A stretch of DNA of 64,000 bases, from positions 254,343 through 318,342 of the forward strand of contig JALNZK010000002.1 of NCBI GenBank assembly GCA_023229365.1, in the 5' to 3' direction. The translations under genes and the position numbers were made by a program. The notes under the pieces were generated by a model. That model had not been told where the DNA came from and did not search any database. It saw only the letters and a list, made by a program, of their open reading frames with translations. Source of the DNA: Pseudomonadota bacterium. Lineage in GTDB: Bacteria; Myxococcota_A; Polyangia; JAAYKL01. Below, one piece after another: positions 47,729 to 56,524 of the stretch (positions are counted from its first letter, which is position 1; the number at the start of each line of letters is the position of its first letter).

Positions 47729-49233
47729 AAATCTTGAGCCATTCGATCAAATACCTCACCCCAGTTTGATGGATTTGTTTGTCTATAAAGCCTCATGCTG
47801 GGATACCAACGTGTTGTATCTCCATCTGTTCCCCATCGCCAATCTGGACTATAGGGCAAAACAGCCCATGTTTTTTTGCCCATAGCCCCAGCTAAATGAA
47901 GAATTGCTGTATCTACCGATATGATTAAATCCATTGCATCAATGAAGGCCGCTGTGTCCTCGAAACTTTCAATATGCTGGGATAAATCTATAATTCCCAT
48001 GCCTTCGCAATTTATTGTGAGGTCAGTTGCTTGATTGTCCCCGGCATATTTTCTTGGCCCCGTTTCTTTTTGCAGTCCAAATAACTTGACATTTGGAATT
48101 GCTTGAATTTTTTTAAAATGTTCCAAATTACAGGAACGTGCTCGATCACCAGGGTGTTGCGGGTTGCCTGCCCAGGCGATGCCTATTTTTAATTCTGAAT
48201 AATTGCTTAGGTTTGCTTTCTTTTCACAACGAAGATAAGGAGGTGTGCTGTTGCCAAAAAGGTAATCAAGGCTGCCGCCACCAAAGAGATGCGGCAAGCT
48301 TATCATTGAGCAATGATAATCATATTCTTCTGGTTTAAACACATCCTTTATTTCTGCTGTTGTGTTCTGTCGAATCAAGGATTGCAAACCAGCGGGCGTA
48401 TGAATACAAAGGGAAACATCTTTCAAGAGAGAGGCGAATCTAAAAAATTGAATAAAATCTCCAATGCCTTGCTCACAATACAATGCCAGCTTCTTATTCT
48501 TTAGGTTTTGTTTTTTATACAAATTGTCATCAAATTTGCAAACGAAATCCCATCTTTTGGCATCTGGATAGACTTTTCTAAAGGCTAAGGCTGGCGGAAA
48601 AAACTCTAATCGATGTTCATACAATGGCCATGCGTCATTATATTTGCCTTGTAAAAAATAAACGTGTGCCAAATCCACATAAGATGGGTGGTGCTCAGGA
48701 TTTAGAGCAATAGCTTCTTTAAAACAACTTTCGGCTTTTGATAAATCCTTTAAAAATCCATAAATTGAACCAATATTAGTCCAGGCATAATAATTTGGCT
48801 CTATAGCTATGGACTTCTCAAAACATTCTATCGCTTTGGGGATGTTGTTCTTTTGACGATAATGTAATCCCAAATTGCTGTAATAATAACTGTTGTTAGG
48901 ATTTAGTTCTGTCGCTTTATTGGCATGATCGATGGCCTTGTCTATAAATCCCATGCAAGCATAAGCAAGTGATATATTGTTGTGATTTTCTGCATTACTA
49001 GGATCAATTTGCAGAATTTTGACAAACAAAGCAATGGCATCTCCATATTCTTTTTGTTTGTGTTTAATCAATCCCAATAACTGCATTCCACGAGCATTGA
49101 GTTTGTCTACCTTTAATAATTGTTGAAGTAAAATATCTGCATCGTGCAAATAATTGTTTTGCATTAAAAAAAGTGCTTTGTCTAAAGACTTTTCTATCAA
49201 TTCGTCTATATCTGGTAATTTTATGGAATTCAT
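47722..49233 (-). CDS. TPR-repeat protein fused to a GT9 (heptosyltransferase-like) glycosyltransferase domain
   Basis: N-terminal TPR repeats. C-terminal QGIGDFIQF...IGIAWAGNP...VDTAILHLAGAMGKKTWAVL is typical of the GT9 family. Confidence 0.55.
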   Translation of the reverse strand: MNSIKLPDIDELIEKSLDKALFLMQNNYLHDADILLQQLLKVDKLNARGMQLLGLIKHKQKEYGDAIALFVKILQIDPSNAENHNNISLAYACMGFIDKAIDHANKATELNPNNSYYYSNLGLHYRQKNNIPKAIECFEKSIAIEPNYYAWTNIGSIYGFLKDLSKAESCFKEAIALNPEHHPSYVDLAHVYFLQGKYNDAWPLYEHRLEFFPPALAFRKVYPDAKRWDFVCKFDDNLYKKQNLKNKKLALYCEQGIGDFIQFFRFASLLKDVSLCIHTPAGLQSLIRQNTTAEIKDVFKPEEYDYHCSMISLPHLFGGGSLDYLFGNSTPPYLRCEKKANLSNYSELKIGIAWAGNPQHPGDRARSCNLEHFKKIQAIPNVKLFGLQKETGPRKYAGDNQATDLTINCEGMGIIDLSQHIESFEDTAAFIDAMDLIISVDTAILHLAGAMGKKTWAVLPYSPDWRWGTDGDTTRWYPSMRLYRQTNPSNWGEVFDRMAQDLC

Positions 49234-49240
49234 TTTAGTA

Positions 49241-49248
49241 TATAAATA
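49241..49248 (+). promoter_or_regulatory. TATAAATA box (T4-type late promoter-like), about 40 nt upstream of the MGCGCG small genes
   Basis: Exact TATAAATA. A gp55-like sigma factor is present in the window. Confidence 0.35.
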
Positions 49249-49288
49249 ATATGAGTAATGCTAGTCTCAATATAACAGGGGATAATTT

Positions 49289-49411
49289 ATGGGTTGTGGA
49301 TGCGGTAAAAACAAGCCAGCATTACGAAAAATAACCAAGGAAGAAGAAGCCTCTATTAGAAGACGACAGGCTTTAATGGAAGCTCGAAAACAAAAAAAAA
49401 TATTTATATAA
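49289..49411 (+). CDS. Small basic protein, MGCGCG N-terminus (40 aa)
   Basis: ATG preceded by GGGGATAA. Paralog of the next gene. Not in the ORF track (under 60 aa). Confidence 0.4.
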   Translation: MGCGCGKNKPALRKITKEEEASIRRRQALMEARKQKKIFI

Positions 49412-49424
49412 ATGGAGGGTTATT

Positions 49425-49679
49425 ATGGGTTGTGGATGTGGTAGAAAAACTAGTGCTACTGGAATGAGAGTCACTGGATTAAGGGGAGTTGGAACAAATC
49501 CTAACCATACTCCAAGACAAGGGCGTATTGTTACGCCTCGCACCATGCCGCCCACTATGGTTCGACAGGCTCAAATGAAGGCAATGCAGGAAGCACAAAC
49601 ACCGCCAAATTATTCTCTTCAAAGAAGGGAAGTGGAAAGAAAGCGACGTTTGGCCATTTTAAAAGCTCAGGGTAAATGA
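49425..49679 (+). CDS. Small basic protein, MGCGCG N-terminus (84 aa)
   Basis: Preceded by GGAGGG. Same MGCGCG(K/R) N-terminus as the upstream paralog. Confidence 0.45.
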   Translation: MGCGCGRKTSATGMRVTGLRGVGTNPNHTPRQGRIVTPRTMPPTMVRQAQMKAMQEAQTPPNYSLQRREVERKRRLAILKAQGK

Positions 49680-49759
49680 ATTTTGTTAAAAAATAGTTTT
49701 TTAGGTGTATATATCATATCCCCGCATATTAGGGGCACCATATAAAAAAGGAGAGCACC

Positions 49760-50362
49760 GTGCTTACATTCAAAGAGTGGAAAACATTAAATGAAAATTT
49801 TGGCGGGGCGATTCCCATTGGCCTCGGTCAGCCCAGTGCAGTCGTGGGTGTGGTCGGTGCTCAATTTGGAGATGAAGCTCAATTAGAAGAAGCCAAAAAG
49901 GGCAAAAAGAAAATGTTCGGAGACGAAGAGCCCGAGAAAGATGACGACGAAGACAAAGAAGTAAAAATAGTCGTTAAAGGCAAAAAGGATGATGACAAGG
50001 ATGACGACGAAGACAAGGGTGAGGAAAAAGGCGAAGACAAGGGCGAGGAAAAAGTCGATAAAGAACCCGATGGCGACAAAGACGACAAGCCAGCATTTCT
50101 AATGTCAAAAAAGAAATGCAAAGGTTGTAATTGCAAATCCGACAAGAAAATGGCCAAAGAAAACAAGGAGTGGTATGGTTCTGTAATCAACCAACTTAAC
50201 TCTGATCCCAACGCAAAATTCTGGGACGGTTTTTCAACAATTGAAGAAGATGCTTTACTGGCCCCAGCAGATCAAAATGCCGGTTTAGTAGATGGTGAAC
50301 CTGCCCCTGGCAGCGTAGGATCGGCACCAGTTCAACGAGTTGGTGGTTGGTTCGGCGGCTAA
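49760..50362 (+). CDS. Highly acidic K/D/E-rich CTS-leader protein (candidate internal head protein)
   Basis: GTG start. N-terminus (M)LTFKEWKTLNE (L-x-E). DDDEDKEVK...KDDDKDDDEDKGEEKGEDKGEEK low complexity. Confidence 0.5.
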   Translation: MLTFKEWKTLNENFGGAIPIGLGQPSAVVGVVGAQFGDEAQLEEAKKGKKKMFGDEEPEKDDDEDKEVKIVVKGKKDDDKDDDEDKGEEKGEDKGEEKVDKEPDGDKDDKPAFLMSKKKCKGCNCKSDKKMAKENKEWYGSVINQLNSDPNAKFWDGFSTIEEDALLAPADQNAGLVDGEPAPGSVGSAPVQRVGGWFGG

Positions 50363-50385
50363 ATTAATTGTATAAATTAAATTAA

Positions 50386-50419
50386 AAAGCAAAGCTCAAA
50401 TGGGCTTTGCTTTTTTTTT
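50386..50419 (+). terminator. Rho-independent terminator
   Basis: aaagcaaagc-tcaaatg-ggctttgcttt stem-loop followed by T9. Confidence 0.75.
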
Positions 50420-50584
50420 GTTATGTGATATAATTTAATATTATATTACTGAAACAAATATTATGAAAAACATTAAAGAATATTTGCCTCTAATAAGTAA
50501 AATTATTGACTGGGCTCACAAACACAAGAAAAAAGTTCAATACCTGACAAAAGCAGATTTAAGAGAAGCAATAAGATCAAGAGC

Positions 50585-51004
50585 ATGACATACCGAATTC
50601 AAACCAATCATAATTTCCACGGCGAAAATATATCAGAAAGGGACTGGAATACAATAAGTTCCAGTCGGGCTGGACATCAAGAATTTGATGACGATGAGTT
50701 AGCAATTGCCATCAAAACGTTCGAAAGAAACGCAAATATGGCAAGAATGATTTGGCCAATGCGATTAATTGATTCAAATGGCCAAATTCTAAGATATTAC
50801 AATCCAGAATTAGACGAATGGCTTCCAGGCCCTCGGGGAAGACTGGAAGAAAAGGCTTACTATATTTGGGAAAAGATTGGTGCCACTGATGTTGAATGTT
50901 GGTTCAAAGCCAAGGAAGAGACAGAAAAAGAAACCAGTAATTTAAGCCAATTTTTCGGACATATGCCAAAATTCTCAGAACGTGGTTTGCTGGAACCAAA
51001 CTAA
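50585..51004 (+). CDS. Hypothetical protein
   Basis: ORF. Confidence 0.35.
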   Translation: MTYRIQTNHNFHGENISERDWNTISSSRAGHQEFDDDELAIAIKTFERNANMARMIWPMRLIDSNGQILRYYNPELDEWLPGPRGRLEEKAYYIWEKIGATDVECWFKAKEETEKETSNLSQFFGHMPKFSERGLLEPN

Positions 51005-51819
51005 GTATAAACAGCCGTTTGTCGCACTAATGGCGACATTGATCTTTTTCTTAGCCTTCGGCTTTTTTCTCTATCCAGTGCTTCTGCTTTGACCATCTGT
51101 GGGCTTGATGGCATTGGTTCTGGTTCTGGCTCGTCGTCATCATCGCCCCTTGGTTGATAAAAACGATCTATTGATTCTTTTACGAATTTAGCTATTTCAT
51201 AGGGCGTGTTGAGACGAGTATCCGACCAACCTTGTCCTTGCTCATCTGGACCGTCTGTGAATTCGCCTATACGCTCCATGTCATGACGAGGATCACCGGG
51301 GCTACTTACCGCAATGGGAAAGCCTTTGATCTCAGCAGATGTTTTATAATCCATTTCAGGTGCAGGCATCATACCAGGACGCCAACCTTCGAGGAATCCC
51401 ATAAAGCGAACTAAAGGATGTCCTTTTTTGGGGTCAAATTCAGTTACTTTTTCAAATGATATACTACGCTCATATTCTAGCTCTTTTTGATGTCTTTCCC
51501 AACTATTTGATGGACCCCAATATTTCGGACCACCAAAATATCCTTCAGGTGCCTCTGGTGGTTTTCCTGCCCATTCTGTCTTTTTAAAGCATTGAACGAA
51601 GAATTTGAGGTAATACTTATCCCCCTCCATACGAACATTACGCCCGGTCATTTCGCAAACGAGCCGCCATTGATAACGCAATGCAGGGACTTCGCTACGA
51701 CCGGACGATCCCATTTTCCAAGCCCAGTCACCACCCACTAGGTGTTGGACAGACAGCAAGACGTAGTTTGGAATTTCCACCACTTTTGCTTCATTAATCA
51801 TCCATTCCTTGAAATTCAT
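51001..51819 (-). CDS. CTS-leader protein (candidate internal head protein), 272 aa
   Basis: N-terminus MNFKEWMINE (I-x-E). Acidic DDDDEPEPEP tail. Confidence 0.45.
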   Translation of the reverse strand: MNFKEWMINEAKVVEIPNYVLLSVQHLVGGDWAWKMGSSGRSEVPALRYQWRLVCEMTGRNVRMEGDKYYLKFFVQCFKKTEWAGKPPEAPEGYFGGPKYWGPSNSWERHQKELEYERSISFEKVTEFDPKKGHPLVRFMGFLEGWRPGMMPAPEMDYKTSAEIKGFPIAVSSPGDPRHDMERIGEFTDGPDEQGQGWSDTRLNTPYEIAKFVKESIDRFYQPRGDDDDEPEPEPMPSSPQMVKAEALDREKSRRLRKRSMSPLVRQTAVYT

Positions 51820-52856
51820 TTTACCCGCTCCCCAGATTTCAATACCTTGGCTACCAACGCAGAGGGAACTTTGTATTCAAAGGTGGATTTCATTATATTG
51901 TATTCATACCATCTCTGAACACTTTCCTCAGATGTCATATTCTGCCTGCGTGTGACCATTATTGATTTGTTGCTTTTTTCTGCCTGTTCAATTGCTTTCC
52001 TGAGGGCTGGGCCATGCACTTTTATCACTTCTTCCATGCCTTTGAGACTGCCTACCATTACTTCAAATTTAGATGGATAAGCCCATTGCCAAGGATCATC
52101 TTTTCTCGGCTTACTGACTTTCACCATATAAGCAGTGGCTTTTGTGCCCTGAATTTGGACACGATCCCCTGGACGTAAGATAATGCCATTTTCCGTGGTG
52201 TAGCCAGGGGACATGCTTGAATCCAGGGTATAAACACATTGTTCTGGACGATAGACACAGATTTGATTGCCATCCAACAATGAGCCACGCATGCTTTTGC
52301 CCTTAAAATGCACAGCATCAAATTGTGATTTTAAAGCATTGGTCAAGTCCTCTGTTTCTTGCATCCATCTTTTTTCTAATTCTTCTTGATTCTTAAAGTC
52401 TCCTTTGGGCGGCATGTCATATCCATATTGCCTCCACCATTTCATCATGGTATTATTAGAACCAAAGTTTATTTCTTCAATACGAGGCGGGGTATGATCG
52501 GCACCACCGATGTAATAAGCCTTTAAGCCTTTGCCAGTGCCTACATTGAAGTTCTTGGCTATACCAAGCGATTTAGTGAAGTAAGTGCCCCAGCCAAGAA
52601 AATGAATCGGAGGCAATGTATCTCTAGCACCAAAATCCCCAGGATTGAATCCGTGTCTAACGTCCCCAGAGCGGGGAGGGGATTTGAAGAATTGAAAACC
52701 CTGATGTTGAATCAGTTGTCTTTTTTCATCTGTAGTGCCATGATAGACTGGCCCAAAGAACTGCAATTTCTCTGCATCTTCTGGGCTTACGTACTTCGGC
52801 AACATAAAAGGAAAATATTTTTGAATATCTTCCAACAACCACAGTCTAAATTCCAT
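51816..52856 (-). CDS. Candidate H-Y-E-clade ADP-ribosyltransferase with CTS-like leader
   Basis: N-terminus MEFRLWLLED (L-x-E). VYHGTTDEKRQLIQHQGF resembles diphtheria toxin YHGTKPGYVDSIQKGI and PARP WHGSRTTNFAGILSQGL. GTYFTKSLGIA resembles PARP GIYFADMVSKS. Confidence 0.4.
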   Translation of the reverse strand: MEFRLWLLEDIQKYFPFMLPKYVSPEDAEKLQFFGPVYHGTTDEKRQLIQHQGFQFFKSPPRSGDVRHGFNPGDFGARDTLPPIHFLGWGTYFTKSLGIAKNFNVGTGKGLKAYYIGGADHTPPRIEEINFGSNNTMMKWWRQYGYDMPPKGDFKNQEELEKRWMQETEDLTNALKSQFDAVHFKGKSMRGSLLDGNQICVYRPEQCVYTLDSSMSPGYTTENGIILRPGDRVQIQGTKATAYMVKVSKPRKDDPWQWAYPSKFEVMVGSLKGMEEVIKVHGPALRKAIEQAEKSNKSIMVTRRQNMTSEESVQRWYEYNIMKSTFEYKVPSALVAKVLKSGERVK

Positions 52857-52864
52857 AAAGATAT

Positions 52865-53623
52865 TTAGGGACTAGTCGGTTGTTTTAAACAAGCCTCTAT
52901 TAAATATTTGCCAATTTGAAATTGTCGCCTAGTCACGCAATGCCCAGCATCTTTTTCAATATCTGTGTAGATTTTGTACCCTTTGTTTTTCAGGGCAGTA
53001 AACATAGGGATGAAACGTTCTTGCCACTCAAAAATAAGATCATCCCTACTGTGTGCCAGAAAGAATGGGGTGTCAGGACAATTACATTGCGGCACAGCTT
53101 CTGGGTCCAAAATAGCCCCGTTGTGAGAAATCACACCAGCAAAGGGAGTTGGGCTCATTACAGCAGTCATAATAGCCATAACTGCCCCTGCTGAGTGCCC
53201 TACCAGCACAATTCTATTCCGTGGAATACCACGTTTGTTTTCAATGAGTTTCAACACTTCTTCTATCACAGCCATTGCTGGCATTACGCCTTTGACTGCC
53301 TCTTCTTGGTCGTTGATGCCATTGGGCATAGGATACCAAGAACGAATTGTGGGTGTTATTCCAACGATAAAAGATTTTACTCCTTGTCGTTTGTACGCAG
53401 AAGCTAATTCCTGCCCATGATTGCCACGCCCAGGCAAACAAAGCACACAAGAGTCATGATTCCACTTATTGTATTTAATCCAGCGTTTTTCCAAGGTGGG
53501 TGGATAAAATTCAGCACGGCTTTGCGGACGCCACAGATTGTGGAATCCCATGTCATTAGGCATGCTGTCAAATGGCTGCCCTCGTCCCAGCCATTGACTG
53601 GCATAATAGTGATATCTTGTCAT
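52865..53623 (-). CDS. Alpha/beta hydrolase (phospholipase/carboxylesterase-like)
   Basis: GHSAGA nucleophile elbow (GxSxG). Later Asp/His candidates. Confidence 0.5.
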   Translation of the reverse strand: MTRYHYYASQWLGRGQPFDSMPNDMGFHNLWRPQSRAEFYPPTLEKRWIKYNKWNHDSCVLCLPGRGNHGQELASAYKRQGVKSFIVGITPTIRSWYPMPNGINDQEEAVKGVMPAMAVIEEVLKLIENKRGIPRNRIVLVGHSAGAVMAIMTAVMSPTPFAGVISHNGAILDPEAVPQCNCPDTPFFLAHSRDDLIFEWQERFIPMFTALKNKGYKIYTDIEKDAGHCVTRRQFQIGKYLIEACLKQPTSP

Positions 53624-54586
53624 TTACAAATTCCATTCTCGGTAGAAGTCAAATTGCGTATCTTCTGTCTGAAGGCGATTAAATAATTGGCGGGGCATTT
53701 CTTGTTGAAGCAACTTGAGAAACTTTTTTGATTTAGTTTTGTTGGAGGTATTAATTGCTTCCTGCAACTGTTCTACATCATATCCATGACAATGATAACA
53801 ACTTGCTGGAGTAAAATCCTCTTCAGCCCATGCCTTTTCATCATTTAGTCGTTTTTCGTCTACTGTCCAATATTTTAGATGATTGCCATTTTTGACGAAA
53901 TCTATTGTAAACTCACAAATGTCATATATCAAGCCCACCAACTTGGGACTCGCCACCCAGAAATTGCCCAAGGATCGATATTCTACTCCGTGGTCTGGCT
54001 TTCTAAACCGACCAGCTTTGCCATATAATTTACGTCGAGCAACAGAAGATTTGTCCGTATCAAGGAAAACTGAAGGCAATCCCAAAAATAAATCTAACAT
54101 ACGCACCACAAAGTAGCAGGACATATCATCTTGCAAAAACTTATTACCCAAATGCACATGTCCACCCGCTGTTCTTAAACAATTGGAAAGAAACTCATTT
54201 TTGGGTGGCTTTACTACTTCAAGTCGATAAACACAAACTTCGGGATCACAACCTATTTTCTTCGCCTCAGGATGTTGTAGTTCAGATACTGGATAATTTT
54301 GAGAAGCTTTTACCATCAATTTATATGGCGATACCAATTTGGCATATTTTTTAAAGCAATCTCTAAAGTTTTTGATAACATCATTTTTATCACTGGCTGG
54401 AGAAACAGCACATTCAGCCATTACGTTGTCATAAAAATATTGATGTTTCCCAATTTCATGTCGTTTGTACTTATCCCCAGGAACAATACCAATGGCACTA
54501 AAAAATTTGCCATCTTTGCAAAGCATAAACTCAGGGTCACTTCCAAAAGAAAAATTCATATTTTCCTCTCCATTTTTGTTTGTCAT
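53624..54586 (-). CDS. Carboxylate-amine ligase (GCS2 / glutamine-synthetase-like amidoligase family)
   Basis: N-terminal FGSDPEF acidic motif and TAGGHVHLG (compare GCS2 GxHVHVG). Confidence 0.4.
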   Translation of the reverse strand: MTNKNGEENMNFSFGSDPEFMLCKDGKFFSAIGIVPGDKYKRHEIGKHQYFYDNVMAECAVSPASDKNDVIKNFRDCFKKYAKLVSPYKLMVKASQNYPVSELQHPEAKKIGCDPEVCVYRLEVVKPPKNEFLSNCLRTAGGHVHLGNKFLQDDMSCYFVVRMLDLFLGLPSVFLDTDKSSVARRKLYGKAGRFRKPDHGVEYRSLGNFWVASPKLVGLIYDICEFTIDFVKNGNHLKYWTVDEKRLNDEKAWAEEDFTPASCYHCHGYDVEQLQEAINTSNKTKSKKFLKLLQQEMPRQLFNRLQTEDTQFDFYREWNL

Positions 54587-55332
54587 TTATGCCAAATTGG
54601 CACAAGCGATCTTGTATCACCACTTGAGAAAGAACAAATACCCAAATTATCGTGCATGTCTTGTATTCTCAATCCTTTAGGATAATTTTTTTTGATATCT
54701 TCGGGAAATATTTTTCGGTCACCTTCTGCCAAAATACGCTTGATTCCTTTAAGACTATTGGTGAGTCGGTCACGATCCTCCGCTTGATAAGGGGTGACTG
54801 AACAATTGCAGATGCCATTAATCGTATCCCAGAAATCTTTGCCCAGCGTATGCGAAAAACCAACTCGAATGAGCATGGTGTAGAGCGAAATCATAGGCGG
54901 GCTTCTCATCCAACGTTTGCTGCCCTCTAATAACCAAACCCCACCAGCCGCATATTTTATGGGTGGCGAGGCACATTCTCGGACTTTTGTTTTTACAATT
55001 TTGAGTTGTGACTCTATTTGATGCAAAAAATCTAGGCAGGCAGGAATTTTTTTTCTAAGAATTTTGTCTTGAGAATTTGCTATGATAATTTTAGTTTTGG
55101 ACAAGCAGATTTCTTGTCCCTTTTGGGAAATAAACTGAAAGCCGTAGATTTTTTTCTTTGTTCTGTAAAGCTGATTGTAGATAGCATCCTGCAAATAGTC
55201 TTTACACAGCACAAAAGGGCATATTTGGCAGTAATTTTCGGAAACAAAAGAGAACTCTAGTCCCGACCAAATAGCCTGATTCAAAGAGGCTTTTTTTTGA
55301 TACCACACTATCCTTTTTTTGTAATTTCTCAC
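54583..55332 (-). CDS. Hypothetical protein
   Basis: ORF. Confidence 0.35.
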   Translation of the reverse strand: MRNYKKRIVWYQKKASLNQAIWSGLEFSFVSENYCQICPFVLCKDYLQDAIYNQLYRTKKKIYGFQFISQKGQEICLSKTKIIIANSQDKILRKKIPACLDFLHQIESQLKIVKTKVRECASPPIKYAAGGVWLLEGSKRWMRSPPMISLYTMLIRVGFSHTLGKDFWDTINGICNCSVTPYQAEDRDRLTNSLKGIKRILAEGDRKIFPEDIKKNYPKGLRIQDMHDNLGICSFSSGDTRSLVPIWHK

Positions 55333-55428
55333 AGTTTGGCTCCAAAATTGTAGGATAACAACATCTGAATAATAAACAAAATAGGCACATCTGTCAACAC
55401 GGAATTCCGAATTGGCGGCGTAAATATC

Positions 55429-55728
55429 TTGATGGGTACTTTTAGAGAATTCCTGGGTCGTCCTGTTTTATCAAATGTTGAGATTGCCAACATATATTTT
55501 GGCAATCCCAAGACATCTGTGCAAGAGATACTAGACCTAACCGGGCTTTCCAAAAGAGAGTTTTACGCAATTGTGCATAACTTTGGTGTACCAAACCGTT
55601 TACGCACCAATCACCACAACGTAATCTCCCTGGCCGATCAGGGCATGCCCCTGGATCAAATTGCCCGAGCTACTAAGTATAGCACACAAAACGTTAAATA
55701 TATTCTAAGAAAGAATTTACATGATTAG
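55429..55728 (+). CDS. Putative HTH DNA-binding regulator
   Basis: Two HTH-like segments, ILDLTGLSKREFYAIV and MPLDQIARATKYSTQNVKYIL. Confidence 0.4.
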   Translation: MMGTFREFLGRPVLSNVEIANIYFGNPKTSVQEILDLTGLSKREFYAIVHNFGVPNRLRTNHHNVISLADQGMPLDQIARATKYSTQNVKYILRKNLHD

Positions 55729-56524
55729 TGGAAACGACATTTCTTTTGCTTTGTCGGGCGGCACCATGAACACCAACCCAACTCAATCTTTGGGGGGGCA
55801 TCCGTCTGCCTATCCAATAACATCTGGCATGAATAATTTGTTTCCTAACTACACCTTAGCCCAGACAAATAGCGGCTACATAGACTATCGATGTATTTAT
55901 GTGTTTAATAATCATGCTCTCGATTCCATGTATGGAGTAACAGCCGGAATTGTCGCAGTTAGCGGTGGTGCCGTAGAATATTTTGGCACCCCGATAACCA
56001 CGGAGCAGCAGCAAATAGTAATCTCGGGAAACGTTACCGGAGGCTCATTCACGCTTTCTTATGATGCTTACACCACATCGGCAATTCCTTGGAGTCCTTT
56101 TACCAACACTTGGGCCGCCAGCATACAAAGTGCATTAAACAATTTGCCAGTTTTATCTGGGGTTGTGGTTTCCTATTCTGCGAGCCCTGGATTGACACGA
56201 TTTATACTTCTTTTCCAAGGATATGGCGATCACAAACAACATCCGTTGTTAGTGGCAACTAATAATTTAACGCCTGCTGGCATAACAACGACTGTATCTA
56301 AGGTTACAAACGGTGGGCCAATTAATAATATTGCTTCAACAATATCCCATGAAACCATAACACCTGCTGGCATTACTTTTGTGGGCACGGGCACTATTTT
56401 GGACATAGGGACATTAGGCCCAGGTGAAGGATTTCCTGTATGGATCAAAAGACATCTATTAGCGGGGACAGCGGCAAAATATAATGATGGTTTAAATTTA
56501 CAAGTTACTTGTAGTCCAATTTAG
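55721..56524 (+). CDS. Hypothetical Gly/Thr/Ser-rich beta-type protein (possible fibre/decoration)
   Basis: Composition only. Confidence 0.3.
   Translation: MISGNDISFALSGGTMNTNPTQSLGGHPSAYPITSGMNNLFPNYTLAQTNSGYIDYRCIYVFNNHALDSMYGVTAGIVAVSGGAVEYFGTPITTEQQQIVISGNVTGGSFTLSYDAYTTSAIPWSPFTNTWAASIQSALNNLPVLSGVVVSYSASPGLTRFILLFQGYGDHKQHPLLVATNNLTPAGITTTVSKVTNGGPINNIASTISHETITPAGITFVGTGTILDIGTLGPGEGFPVWIKRHLLAGTAAKYNDGLNLQVTCSPI

Noticed and set aside
49289-49679. MGCGCG N-termini as N-myristoylation/palmitoylation signals
   Set aside because: Acylation of an MGC N-terminus is a eukaryotic modification. Everything else in the window indicates a bacterial host. Kept only as an unexplained conserved N-terminus.
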